From NCBI GenBank assembly GCA_964606745.1, contig CAZSHJ010000001.1, positions 18,091-82,090 on the forward strand: a stretch of DNA of 64,000 nucleotides, given 5' to 3'. Under the pieces are notes generated by a model. The model saw only the letters and a program-made list of their open reading frames with translations. It ran no database searches and was not told the origin of the DNA. Of this stretch, positions 1 through 7,857 are shown piece after piece (within the stretch, counting starts at the first letter, position 1; every line of letters starts with the position of its first letter). The stretch is from an uncultured Thermoplasmatales archaeon. GTDB lineage: Archaea > Thermoplasmatota > E2 > UBA202 > DSCA01. The position numbers and the translations under genes are program-made.

Positions 1-2
1 TT

Positions 3-284
3 TTAATAACAGAAGGTCCGTATAGCATAGTTAGACATCCAACACATCTTAGTGCTCTCGTTTGGGTTATTGCAATAGTGTTTTTTATTAGTCCATGGGT
101 TTCATTTTCACTTCTTTCAATTCTGGGTATTCTAATGATTATTTTGGCATTCTACCTAATGGAAATACAGGAAGAAAAGTTTGACCAGGTAAAATTCGGA
201 GATGAATACAGGCAGTATATGAAAGAGGTTCCTAGATGGAATTTCATAAAGGGATTGTGGAATTTGAGGAAAAAGAGGCGATAA
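3..284 (+). CDS. Isoprenylcysteine carboxyl methyltransferase / phospholipid methyltransferase family protein, C-terminal part (5' end lies outside the window)
   Basis: Frame is open from the window edge. Translation LITEGPYSIVRHPTHLSALVW...EEKFDQVKFGDEYRQYMKEVPR matches the ICMT/PEMT C-terminal motif (GPY..VRHP.Y ... EE..L...FG.EY..Y...V.R). Confidence 0.5.
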   Translation, partial: LITEGPYSIVRHPTHLSALVWVIAIVFFISPWVSFSLLSILGILMIILAFYLMEIQEEKFDQVKFGDEYRQYMKEVPRWNFIKGLWNLRKKRR

Positions 285-285
285 G

Positions 286-522
286 ATGGAAGATAGAAAA
301 AGAAAACCCACAGGACTTGGGTATGTTATAAGTATAGGTGGCATGTTGCTGGCAGTGTTTTCCTATTTTTTTCTTGGAATAGGCAATTACTTTGCAGATC
401 TCCGTGGTACATTTGGGCTAAGTGAAACGATCTGGACTTTTATTGGTGGCATGATTTGGATTTTCATCATCATGGCAATTTTGACACCTATTATGCTTAA
501 AGTAGGTATAAAAACGGAATGA
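286..522 (+). CDS. small hydrophobic membrane protein, hypothetical
   Basis: 78-aa ORF with two hydrophobic segments. ATG overlaps the upstream stop (taaGATG), suggesting translational coupling. Confidence 0.3.
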   Translation: MEDRKRKPTGLGYVISIGGMLLAVFSYFFLGIGNYFADLRGTFGLSETIWTFIGGMIWIFIIMAILTPIMLKVGIKTE

Positions 523-808
523 AAATCAACTAGGAAAAAAGAGGTAAAGAAAATGGGCATTATTCGTAGAGAAATAAGAGAGACAACAGCATCAATTAGC
601 AAGGAGAGAACAGAAGCAAAACAAAAGTTTTAATGAAGGAACGTGTTACAATGTTAAAGAGGTGATGCGAAGAAATGAGTGAAGAAAATATCTATAAAAA
701 GTTCGGATATAACACCAAAATGGAAGGATATGCGAAGTACTTCGTATATAAGCAAGTCATCCGAAATCGTGGACTTCAGGCTTATTGGTTGTTATACAGC
801 AATCAACT

Positions 809-2001
809 GGTTCTGTCGCAAATTAGGGTGATAGAGTATGGGTGTCGCATTCGGGGGTTATCGCCATACTCAACAATCCATACATTCTATTCTTTCCTAA
901 TCCAAGATTAATTCCCGCTTGCTCTGCGGGTGTTCTTCCGATAACACTATGCTCACGAATGAAGTTATAGTAAGTCCTCATGTTATCGTTCATTTGCTTT
1001 CCTGTGCTGTCATTCTCAAGACCACGCATAACTTTATCTCTTTCCCTGTAAGTTCCGTGATAGCGTTCAAGAACGTTGTTATTTATCCTGTCTCTTATTC
1101 CAACACCACCAATATGAGTAACGCTATCTCCAAATTCATTTCTTATGGCAGAGTGGTATGCAGGCATTCCATCGGTGATAATCACTTCTGGATTTGCGTT
1201 CTGTATATTCTTCTTTGCCTTCTTCATTACCATTTCCGTTTCGAGAATACTTCTCTGTTTCGTAATTGTATTGGCGATAAGGAAGCGTGTATTCTCATCG
1301 AGAATGTTCCATGAGTAAAACCACTCACCGTTTGCCTTAATCTTTTGCTCATCAATGTGCCATATATCCCCGACATTAGGTTCTAACTTGTCGGTATGCT
1401 CTCTTATCTTTCCCATGAAGGTATTAATCCACCTTCTTATTGTTTCATGATGGAGTTTTATTTCATAGAACTGATAGATTGTATCTGCAATCTTTCTTGT
1501 AGATAATCCCTTAAAATACAAATCCATTGTAAGAGCGATAAGTTTTGCGTTTACCTTGTATCCTTTCACTTTATCAACAGTAAAACGGTGTCCGCAATCC
1601 TTACATTTATATCTCTGTATTTCCCTATGATCATTCTTTCTAACGCCATCTTTCACAACTTCCAAACTGCCACATGCCTCACATTTGATGACATTTTCCA
1701 TCTGCTCTTTTAAATCAAGTGTGTCCTCATTCATTATTGTATTTCTAAGATTAACCCACATCTCAACCGCCTGAATGTGCTTGTATTTCACATGGCGTTT
1801 TTGGAAATCTGGACAATTACAAGTCCATTCCTGTTTATGTGTTATTTTGTATTTCCTATCTGGATTGCTCTGTGAGGGTAAAATAAAGGTTTCCTCATTC
1901 ACCTTTTTGGGTGTATCTCCTTTTGAGAGGATTGCATACGCCCTTATCTTTCGGATATTTTCCATTTCCCTGATATTCATTTTTTCTTGCATTTTAATCA
2001 C
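809..2001 (-). mobile_element. IS6-family insertion sequence copy A (left IR recognisable; right end not identified, possibly eroded)
   Basis: Terminal sequence GGTTCTGTCGCAAATT at 809-824 resembles the IS6/IS26 IR (GGCACTGTTGCAAA) and sits directly at the 3' end of the transposase gene. No matching inverted copy was found within 150 bp downstream of the transposase start. Confidence 0.55.
823..2001 (-). CDS. IS6-family DDE transposase with N-terminal zinc-finger (SWIM-like C.C...C.H) region
   Basis: 392-aa ORF. Motifs WTCNCPDF...KHIQ, DEQKIKANGEWFYSWNILDENTRF, ITDGMPAYHSAI and HGTYRERDKVMRGL. About 50% identical to the second copy at 2963-4141. Confidence 0.85.
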   Translation of the reverse strand: MIKMQEKMNIREMENIRKIRAYAILSKGDTPKKVNEETFILPSQSNPDRKYKITHKQEWTCNCPDFQKRHVKYKHIQAVEMWVNLRNTIMNEDTLDLKEQMENVIKCEACGSLEVVKDGVRKNDHREIQRYKCKDCGHRFTVDKVKGYKVNAKLIALTMDLYFKGLSTRKIADTIYQFYEIKLHHETIRRWINTFMGKIREHTDKLEPNVGDIWHIDEQKIKANGEWFYSWNILDENTRFLIANTITKQRSILETEMVMKKAKKNIQNANPEVIITDGMPAYHSAIRNEFGDSVTHIGGVGIRDRINNNVLERYHGTYRERDKVMRGLENDSTGKQMNDNMRTYYNFIREHSVIGRTPAEQAGINLGLGKNRMYGLLSMAITPECDTHTLSP

Positions 2002-2120
2002 CTTTTACTTATTTGGTATATATTAATAGTAATGTAATAATAGTATTTAAATGTTACTATTAGTATTATAAAATTTCAATATTAGTTAATTTTATATACC
2101 GGTATTGTATTACCTTTATT

Positions 2121-2285
2121 ATGCCAGAAGTAGAAGTATCTGCGTATAAGTGCAGTAGATGTGGGCATATATGGATGCCAAGAGATATATCATGGAGAGA
2201 AGAAGGAGTGAAACCGGCGGTATGTCCCAAATGTAAAAGCCCATATTGGGATAGACCAAAGAAAAAGGAGCGAAAAAATGAATGA
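2121..2285 (+). CDS. small zinc-ribbon protein (54 aa; CxxC...CxxC)
   Basis: Not in the ORF track (under 60 aa). ATG at 2121, translation MPEVEVSAYKCSRCGHIWMPRDISWREEGVKPAVCPKCKSPYWDRPKKKERKNE. Stop overlaps the start of the next ORF by 8 nt. Confidence 0.45.
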   Translation: MPEVEVSAYKCSRCGHIWMPRDISWREEGVKPAVCPKCKSPYWDRPKKKERKNE

Positions 2286-2754
2286 TAATATTAGTGTTGA
2301 TAAAAATACAAAGAAGTTTGAAATTTTTTGGAAACGATTTTCAGATGAATATCCAATAGCATATGACTCCGTCATCAATCACTACAAAAAAATATCAAGT
2401 GCTTGGAAAAAAATTAGCCCTTTTTATGGAAAAAGTATGTCTGGCACTTTCAGTATCGATGAAGATGGAGAACTGACTGGTAATATGCCCTTTTGGATTT
2501 CTATAGGATTAATATCAGAAGATATTATCCAATTTATAACAGAACATACATTAAATGAAAATGAGTTGAATGCTTTTAAGAAAAAGATAGTGAAAGAAGC
2601 TAAAAAAGTTGCAACGAAAACAGCGGAAGAAATATCATCGCATCTTATGTTTGAGCCAGAGATAAACCCGATTGAGTGTAGAGAATGTGGTCATTTGAAT
2701 CCTTATGACTCGATTTATTGTAACAAATGTGGTAAAAGGTTGAATAATAGATAA
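2278..2754 (+). CDS. hypothetical protein with C-terminal zinc ribbon
   Basis: 158-aa ORF, C-terminal ECRECGHLNPYDSIYCNKCGKRL. Overlaps the upstream small ORF. Confidence 0.5.
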   Translation: MNDNISVDKNTKKFEIFWKRFSDEYPIAYDSVINHYKKISSAWKKISPFYGKSMSGTFSIDEDGELTGNMPFWISIGLISEDIIQFITEHTLNENELNAFKKKIVKEAKKVATKTAEEISSHLMFEPEINPIECRECGHLNPYDSIYCNKCGKRLNNR

Positions 2755-2755
2755 T

Positions 2756-3001
2756 ATGGTAAAGGATTTATGTGTCAAAGTTAGAAAATATTGTAATAGG
2801 TGTAAAAGGTATAATTATCCAAAAGCAAGATATTGTAATTATTGTGGGGAACTAATAACTGATGAAAAATTATATTATATTGGGTATTTTATCACCCGAA
2901 TGAGACAGTCAGATGACAACACCCGCAAAGGCGACAGAACCAGAATTTTGGTACTGTTGGGTTCACGGGACATAAATACCCCCTGTTGGTTTGGCGGGTG
3001 A
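2756..3001 (+). CDS. double zinc-ribbon protein, 3' end apparently displaced by the IS insertion (reading frame runs into the IS terminal repeat)
   Basis: CNRCKRYNYPKARYCNYCGELI motif. The ORF continues through the 8-bp target repeat at 2942-2949 and the IS IR at 2950-2969, so the native C-terminus is probably lost. Confidence 0.35.
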   Translation: MVKDLCVKVRKYCNRCKRYNYPKARYCNYCGELITDEKLYYIGYFITRMRQSDDNTRKGDRTRILVLLGSRDINTPCWFGG

Positions 3002-4141
3002 TATGGATTGTTTTATCAATCCAACCCATCTGTTCTTTCCGAGTTCTAAATCAATGTCTGCCATCTCTGCGGGTGTCTTTCCAAGTGTCTGATGTGTCCT
3101 TATGAAGTTATAATAGGTTCGGTAGTTCTCAAGCATCTGTTCTGCGGTGTTATCATTGCACAATCCACGCATTACTTTATCCCGTTCTCTGTAAGTTCCG
3201 TGAAATCTCTCAAGTTTGTTGTTGTTTATTGCATCCCTTATTCCTGCATTGTGTATGTGTATTGCTTCTGGAAATTCACTCCTCACTACACCCTTGTAGG
3301 AAGGCATACCATCGGTTATAATCATTCTTGGCTTTCCTTTCACATTTCCCTTTGCCTTGTGAAATACTTTCTCCGTTTCAAGGATGCTTCTTTGCTTCGT
3401 TGTCGTGTTGGCAATCAGAAATCGGGTTTTTTCATCGAGTATATTCCATGAGTAAACCCAGTCTCCCTCAGATTTTACCTTCTGTTCATCAATACCCCAG
3501 ACTTCGCCTAAATCAGGATTGTATTTTCTGACATAGGCGTTTATTTTATTCATAAATGTGTTAATCCAATCCCTTACTGTTGTATGGTCTATTTTTAGAT
3601 TGTAAAACTGCTCTATGGTATCGGAGATTTTGCGAAGCGAGAGACCTTTGAAGTACAAATCCATACACAACGCTATGAGTTTGGTGTTTCCCTTCCTGAA
3701 TTTTATTAAGTTCGTGGTAAAGCGGTGTCCGCAATCTTGGCATCTATACCTCTGTCTTAATCCCTGTTTTGTATTTCTCTGACCGTTCTTTACAATGCCA
3801 TAAGAACCGCATTCATCACATTGTGGATGGCTTATCTCTGCTTTCAGGGTGAGTATGTCATCCTCTGCCTTATCATCGAATTTCTGCCACATCTGCACGC
3901 TCTGGATATGTTTGCACATCAATCCAGTTTCCCTGTGGTCTGGACAATCACAATGCCATTTTTTATTCTCTTTCCATACCGTATATGTTTTTTCTGGATT
4001 GCTTTGAGATGGTATTACAAAAACATTGGTCTTACCGTCTACTTTCTTTGGCATCGTTCCCTTCGCTATGATTGCGAAGGCACGCATTTTTCTTATTCTT
4101 TCGAGTTTTATTTTATCCTTTCCGTTCACCTTATTCACCAT
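2963..4141 (-). CDS. IS6-family DDE transposase (second, diverged copy). Start taken at the internal Met homologous to copy A
   Basis: The track ORF 2963..4732 has a 197-aa N-terminal extension with no counterpart in copy A. Homology begins at MVNKVNGKDKIKLERIRKMRAFAII. Motifs WHCDCPDH...KHIQ, ITDGMPSYKGVV and HGTYRERDKVMRGL. Confidence 0.85.
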   Translation of the reverse strand: MVNKVNGKDKIKLERIRKMRAFAIIAKGTMPKKVDGKTNVFVIPSQSNPEKTYTVWKENKKWHCDCPDHRETGLMCKHIQSVQMWQKFDDKAEDDILTLKAEISHPQCDECGSYGIVKNGQRNTKQGLRQRYRCQDCGHRFTTNLIKFRKGNTKLIALCMDLYFKGLSLRKISDTIEQFYNLKIDHTTVRDWINTFMNKINAYVRKYNPDLGEVWGIDEQKVKSEGDWVYSWNILDEKTRFLIANTTTKQRSILETEKVFHKAKGNVKGKPRMIITDGMPSYKGVVRSEFPEAIHIHNAGIRDAINNNKLERFHGTYRERDKVMRGLCNDNTAEQMLENYRTYYNFIRTHQTLGKTPAEMADIDLELGKNRWVGLIKQSISPAKPTGGIYVP

Positions 4142-4223
4142 ATAGTAAACGGAAAACAGTATATAAATCTTTCCCTCTTTTATGTGCCTAAAAGTATATA
4201 TACTCTCTTTGCATTTAGGATAT

Positions 4224-4388
4224 ATGAAATTGCAAAAACAGAAAGGAAGGGAATACAAGGGTAAGGTGTATGCCAAATATTTTGTGACCATTCCGAAGAA
4301 AGACTTTGAAAGGTTGGGATGGTCGGAGGGAATAGAATTGAAAAGCATCGTGGCAGATGGAATGTATATATTGAGACCTAAAGAGTGA
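4224..4388 (+). CDS. small AbrB/SpoVT-like (swapped-hairpin) DNA-binding protein, passenger inside IS copy B
   Basis: MKLQKQKGREYKGKVYAKYFVTIPKKDFERLGWSEGIELKSIVADGMYILRPKE. The K.Y.KYFVTIPKK..E.LGW..G pattern is typical of AbrB/MazE-fold proteins. Start chosen at the internal Met. Confidence 0.35.
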   Translation: MKLQKQKGREYKGKVYAKYFVTIPKKDFERLGWSEGIELKSIVADGMYILRPKE

Positions 4389-4502
4389 GAAGGAAGGGCA
4401 TCCCCATCTGGGGGTGTATCGAAATGACAAAAATCGACACCAGATAGGGACACCCATAATGGTTTTAAAGCGATATATGATGTATAGGGTGGGTGTATTG
4501 AA

Positions 4503-4724
4503 ATGAATGGAACGGGTATCAATCTGAATTTCAGAGGAGCATTTACATCAACAATGTTAGGAGGGGGTATTGCTCTTTGGATTGCTGGTGCAATGGTATC
4601 TAAAGATTTACCAAAAGTGGGGGATAATGCAATACGTGGTGGATTGATTCTTGTGGTGATTTCTATCTTATGGTATTTTTTTGGTAAAATTATAATAATT
4701 ATTGATGAACATTTTAAAGAATAG
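4503..4724 (+). CDS. small membrane protein, hypothetical
   Basis: 73-aa ORF with two hydrophobic helices, inside IS copy B. Confidence 0.25.
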   Translation: MNGTGINLNFRGAFTSTMLGGGIALWIAGAMVSKDLPKVGDNAIRGGLILVVISILWYFFGKIIIIIDEHFKE

Positions 4725-4937
4725 TTAATCATGATTATTTTTTCTCCTTTTCATAATAATTTTTATTTGTAAGTATGTAATTATTAATGTAGCAATAAAA
4801 AAAATCGAGATTATGATGTAAGGAAATAACTCAACAATTGTCATGTCCACTAAAATAAAGATGGCAATGATTATTTTTTCTAGAATAACACCACATATAA
4901 ATCCAGCAATCCAAGTATTCCATTTCACACCTACCAC
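4725..4937 (-). CDS. small membrane protein, hypothetical
   Basis: 70-aa ORF, two hydrophobic helices and a basic C-terminus. Convergent with 4503-4724. Confidence 0.25.
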   Translation of the reverse strand: MVGVKWNTWIAGFICGVILEKIIIAIFILVDMTIVELFPYIIISIFFIATLIITYLQIKIIMKRRKNNHD

Positions 4938-5231
4938 CTCCCTGTGGTAGATGTATGAAGTGAAAGTAGATTCTCCTTTGAAGGTGTTGTTCCTTCAAAA
5001 GGAGCGGGTATCCCCCAACAGAAAGGTTTCATTCCTTTCTTACCAAATGGTGAATAAGGCCGGGAGAGACCCGCATTTAAACAACCGTCTGAATTATTTA
5101 AGGGTTTATCACCCGCATCCAACAGATGATTTTTTTGTGGGGAAATCACCTGAGTTCCCAACAGAACCAGAATTTTCATCAAAAAGTATATGTATCATAC
5201 TTCCGTTTATTAGATGAGAGGAGGCAATAAA

Positions 5232-6641
5232 ATGAAAAATAATTTATTGAAGATAGGGGTATATGTGTTGGTGGTGCTGTGTTTTACTTTACCGATATCG
5301 GCAGACAAAAATCTCTCTCAAAGCGAAAAGATAAAAGAAATGATGAGTAGTGAATCACTGATGGTTCCGGATCTTGTATATTATCCGACATCTCATGATT
5401 TTGGGTATGTTCTTGAAGAGGACACATATCAAACAACATTTGAGATATGGAATGGAGGAACTGGAACATTAACATGGAATCTTGGAATTGTGCACACATG
5501 GATTTCCCCGTTTCCTACATCTGGATCATCGACCGGAGAACATGATACTGTAACGGTCACAATTGATACAACGGGATTAACCCCTGGTAGCTACTCTGGG
5601 TTTGTTAGTATATCAGCTAATGATGGTGGTGGTGTACGGTATTTTAACGTCTATTGCGAAGTCAACTCGAGGCAAAATGTCCCAAGTACACCATCCGGAC
5701 CTGCAGCGGGAACAGCAGGAGTACCATATGAATATCGCACAACAGCTATTGACTCAGACGGCGACGAGGTCCAAGTTAGATTTGACTGGGATGGTTCATA
5801 CTCCAGCTGGTCGCCTCTTGCATCCTCTGGAACGACATTCATAACTAATCACGCATGGTCCACACCTGGCACATATCATGTAAAGGCACAAGCAAAAGAC
5901 GAGCATGGGGCATCAAGCCGCTGGTCATCTGCGCTCATCGTCACTATTATAGGTTCCAATAGTCCGCCATCCACCCCGAATACACCATCTGGTCCCATTT
6001 CTGGACTTCCTGGTACATCTTATTCGTATTCTACTTCTGCAATTGACCCAGAGGGTGATCAAATAAAATATTACTTCGACTGGTGTGACGGATTTGGAAA
6101 CTGGACGAACTTAGTTGCATCAGGGGGCACTGCTTCAGCTTCTCATTCTTGGGCTGCTGAAGGAACATATAATGTAAAAGTAAAGGCTCAAGACGAAAAC
6201 GGAGCTGAAAGCGGATGGTCAACAACCATTGTTGTCACAATATCAGCAAATACAGCACCAAATAAACCCAACACTCCCTCTGGACCTACGATTGGAAAAG
6301 CAGGAAATTTCTACACCTATTCAACTTCAACAAATGACCCCGAAGGAGATCAAATACATTTTCTGTTTGATTGGGGCGATGGAACGAATAGCAGCTGGGT
6401 CGGTCCATTTAACTCTGGAGATATTGGGACGGCTTCCCATGTCTGGACCGCGAAGGGCTCGTTTGCCATTAGGGTCAAAGCGAAAGATACAAGCGGGACA
6501 GAAAGTGTATGGTCGGACCCGCTGCCTGTCAGTATGCCGAAAACCTATGAAAACCCATTCCAGCAATTCTTGGAGAAACTCAATGAATGGTTTATGCAGG
6601 CATTTGGGAGAGAGAGATTGCCGTGGACATTCAACCTATAA
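5232..6641 (+). CDS. secreted protein with N-terminal signal/anchor, an Ig-like domain, three PKD-like (FDWGDG) repeats and a conserved C-terminal tail
   Basis: GGAGG 7 nt upstream of ATG at 5232 (MKNNLLKIGVYVLVVLCFTLPISA). Three ~90-aa repeats of the form PSGP..G..Y.Y...A.D.DGD.(I/V).(Y/V).FDW.DG...W......G.......W...G.Y.VK..A.DE.G..S.WS. C-terminus DPLPVSMPKTYENPFQQFLEKLNEWFMQAFGRERLPWTFNL is shared with 25011-26273 and 46084-47769. Confidence 0.8.
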   Translation: MKNNLLKIGVYVLVVLCFTLPISADKNLSQSEKIKEMMSSESLMVPDLVYYPTSHDFGYVLEEDTYQTTFEIWNGGTGTLTWNLGIVHTWISPFPTSGSSTGEHDTVTVTIDTTGLTPGSYSGFVSISANDGGGVRYFNVYCEVNSRQNVPSTPSGPAAGTAGVPYEYRTTAIDSDGDEVQVRFDWDGSYSSWSPLASSGTTFITNHAWSTPGTYHVKAQAKDEHGASSRWSSALIVTIIGSNSPPSTPNTPSGPISGLPGTSYSYSTSAIDPEGDQIKYYFDWCDGFGNWTNLVASGGTASASHSWAAEGTYNVKVKAQDENGAESGWSTTIVVTISANTAPNKPNTPSGPTIGKAGNFYTYSTSTNDPEGDQIHFLFDWGDGTNSSWVGPFNSGDIGTASHVWTAKGSFAIRVKAKDTSGTESVWSDPLPVSMPKTYENPFQQFLEKLNEWFMQAFGRERLPWTFNL

Positions 6642-6762
6642 AATATCATGCCAGAAAAGGTCATCTATAAAACATTAAGCCAATCATCAGCAAAAGCAAC
6701 ACTGAATTAACAAGTGCAATAATTATTACTCCAGTTATCATTATACGGATTCTTTAATTTTA

Positions 6763-7185
6763 TTACTTGTAAGGAACCATAGTGAATTTTGTGCTACTTG
6801 CACTTATAGTAATATCATAATCCTCAAACACAGGATATATCCCGACCAATACGGGCATATCCCTGTCTATTACACACGCCTCAATATCTGTGTATTCTAC
6901 TTCCCTACCACCATGCCCTATAAGAAAATGGATTTTTGTGGAGAATGCGTCCACCTGTCCGCCGGCAGTATGAATTTTATTTTTCCTCGGGGTCAATGAT
7001 TGTCCCAAATAATCTGCTAATTTCTTTGGTACAGATATCTCATCAGCACCAGAATCGAGAATAGCATAAAATGGTGGTGTCTCTTTACCATTTTTCCCAA
7101 TGAATCTGATCGGAATATCTGGTGTTTTAGAATTGCTTTGATACTTGAATGTGAATCTTAACAACTTAGAAGCAGCATGGGGCAT
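6763..7185 (-). CDS. retropepsin-like (clan AA) aspartic protease
   Basis: 140-aa ORF with the AILDSGADEISVP active-site motif (D-S/T-G-A), typical of retroviral-type aspartyl proteases found in archaea and bacteria. Confidence 0.65.
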   Translation of the reverse strand: MPHAASKLLRFTFKYQSNSKTPDIPIRFIGKNGKETPPFYAILDSGADEISVPKKLADYLGQSLTPRKNKIHTAGGQVDAFSTKIHFLIGHGGREVEYTDIEACVIDRDMPVLVGIYPVFEDYDITISASSTKFTMVPYK

Positions 7186-7186
7186 T

Positions 7187-7354
7187 TTAGAAGAAACAGG
7201 TACCTTGTGCCATCTTTTTGTCTATAACTACATCTCCCTTGGGATATTTGCCTCCTTTTTCTATCACCTTTATCATATCATCGTTATAGTATATGACTTC
7301 GTGTTTTTTGTTAAGTAGCACCCATTTCCCTTCATACTTGTCATTGTTAGACAC
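7187..7354 (-). CDS. small conserved protein (55 aa, GTG start), translationally coupled to the aspartic protease
   Basis: Not in the ORF track. Translation (GTG)SNNDKYEGKWVLLNKKHEVIYYNDDMIKVIEKGGKYPKGDVVIDKKMAQGTCFF. TAA stop lies 1 nt before the protease ATG. Confidence 0.4.
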   Translation of the reverse strand: MSNNDKYEGKWVLLNKKHEVIYYNDDMIKVIEKGGKYPKGDVVIDKKMAQGTCFF

Positions 7355-7614
7355 AATATCACCTTACCTTCAATATACATCTTGTTTAATATAAACTTTT
7401 TTGTTAAAATTAAGGTGGTGGTACAGATACGAATCAGGCAAGTGTTCCAACGATTGTATCCTTCTGCTCTCAATAATTTAATTCACAAAATTGCCTTCCA
7501 TGTAAATATGCCATTCCATTAAGAGTTTATTTATATTCGCTTTGAAATAAAAATATCAAAATCACCAACAACTTCCCACAACCTTTTTCAACTCCCTCCC
7601 ATTAAAATTACATC

Positions 7615-7734
7615 ATGGCGGAAAAGGTCATCTGCATAATCTGTGGCGTAAACGAAACAACCAATCCTGATGGCATATGCAATGACTGCAAGCTTTCCAT
7701 ATTGTTTAACAAGAATATTCCACCGAATTTTTGA
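7615..7734 (+). CDS. 39-aa mini zinc-ribbon protein encoded in a repeated 145-bp element
   Basis: MAEKVICIICGVNETTNPDGICNDCKLSILFNKNIPPNF, a CxxC-x13-CxxC pattern. Sequence recurs at 26285-26430. Confidence 0.4.
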   Translation: MAEKVICIICGVNETTNPDGICNDCKLSILFNKNIPPNF

Positions 7735-7764
7735 TCGCCTTCAAATTCCCAAAGTGTTGATAAT
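7620..7764 (+). repeat. 145-bp dispersed repeat, copy 1 (carries the mini zinc-ribbon ORF)
   Basis: Near-identical to 26285-26430 with a few substitutions and small indels. Lies downstream of a PKD-protein gene cluster. Confidence 0.7.
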
Positions 7765-7857
7765 GGAGGCACAGTTCCCATGATTCTCCCAGTGAATATG
7801 AATAACGGTTTGGAACGTAAATATAGGGGATTGTTCTTCTTTTTGGCACCGTACCCC

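Larger units (their letters stand above)
2950..5168 (-). mobile_element. IS6-family element copy B with imperfect terminal inverted repeats and 8-bp target-site duplication (AGAATTTT). About 2.2 kb including passenger small ORFs
   Basis: IR GGTACTGTTGGGTTCACGGG at 2950-2969. Inverted partner CCTGAGTTCCCAACAGAACC at 5149-5168 has CCCAACAGAACC against the expected CCCAACAGTACC. Identical 8-mers agaatttt flank the element at 2942-2949 and 5169-5176. Confidence 0.6.

Noticed and set aside
675-911. 78-aa plus-strand ORF reading into the IS copy A terminal repeat, with a YAKYFV hexapeptide also present in the AbrB-like ORF at 4224-4388
   Set aside because: The similarity is confined to about 6 aa (12/18 nt). 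It could mean the IS inserted into a homolog of that small gene, but the evidence is too weak to call a feature.
4142-4732. 197-aa N-terminal extension of the second transposase ORF in the track (2963..4732)
   Set aside because: No counterpart in the homologous copy A. Homology starts at the internal Met (4141). The extension overlaps the plus-strand small ORFs and is low-complexity.
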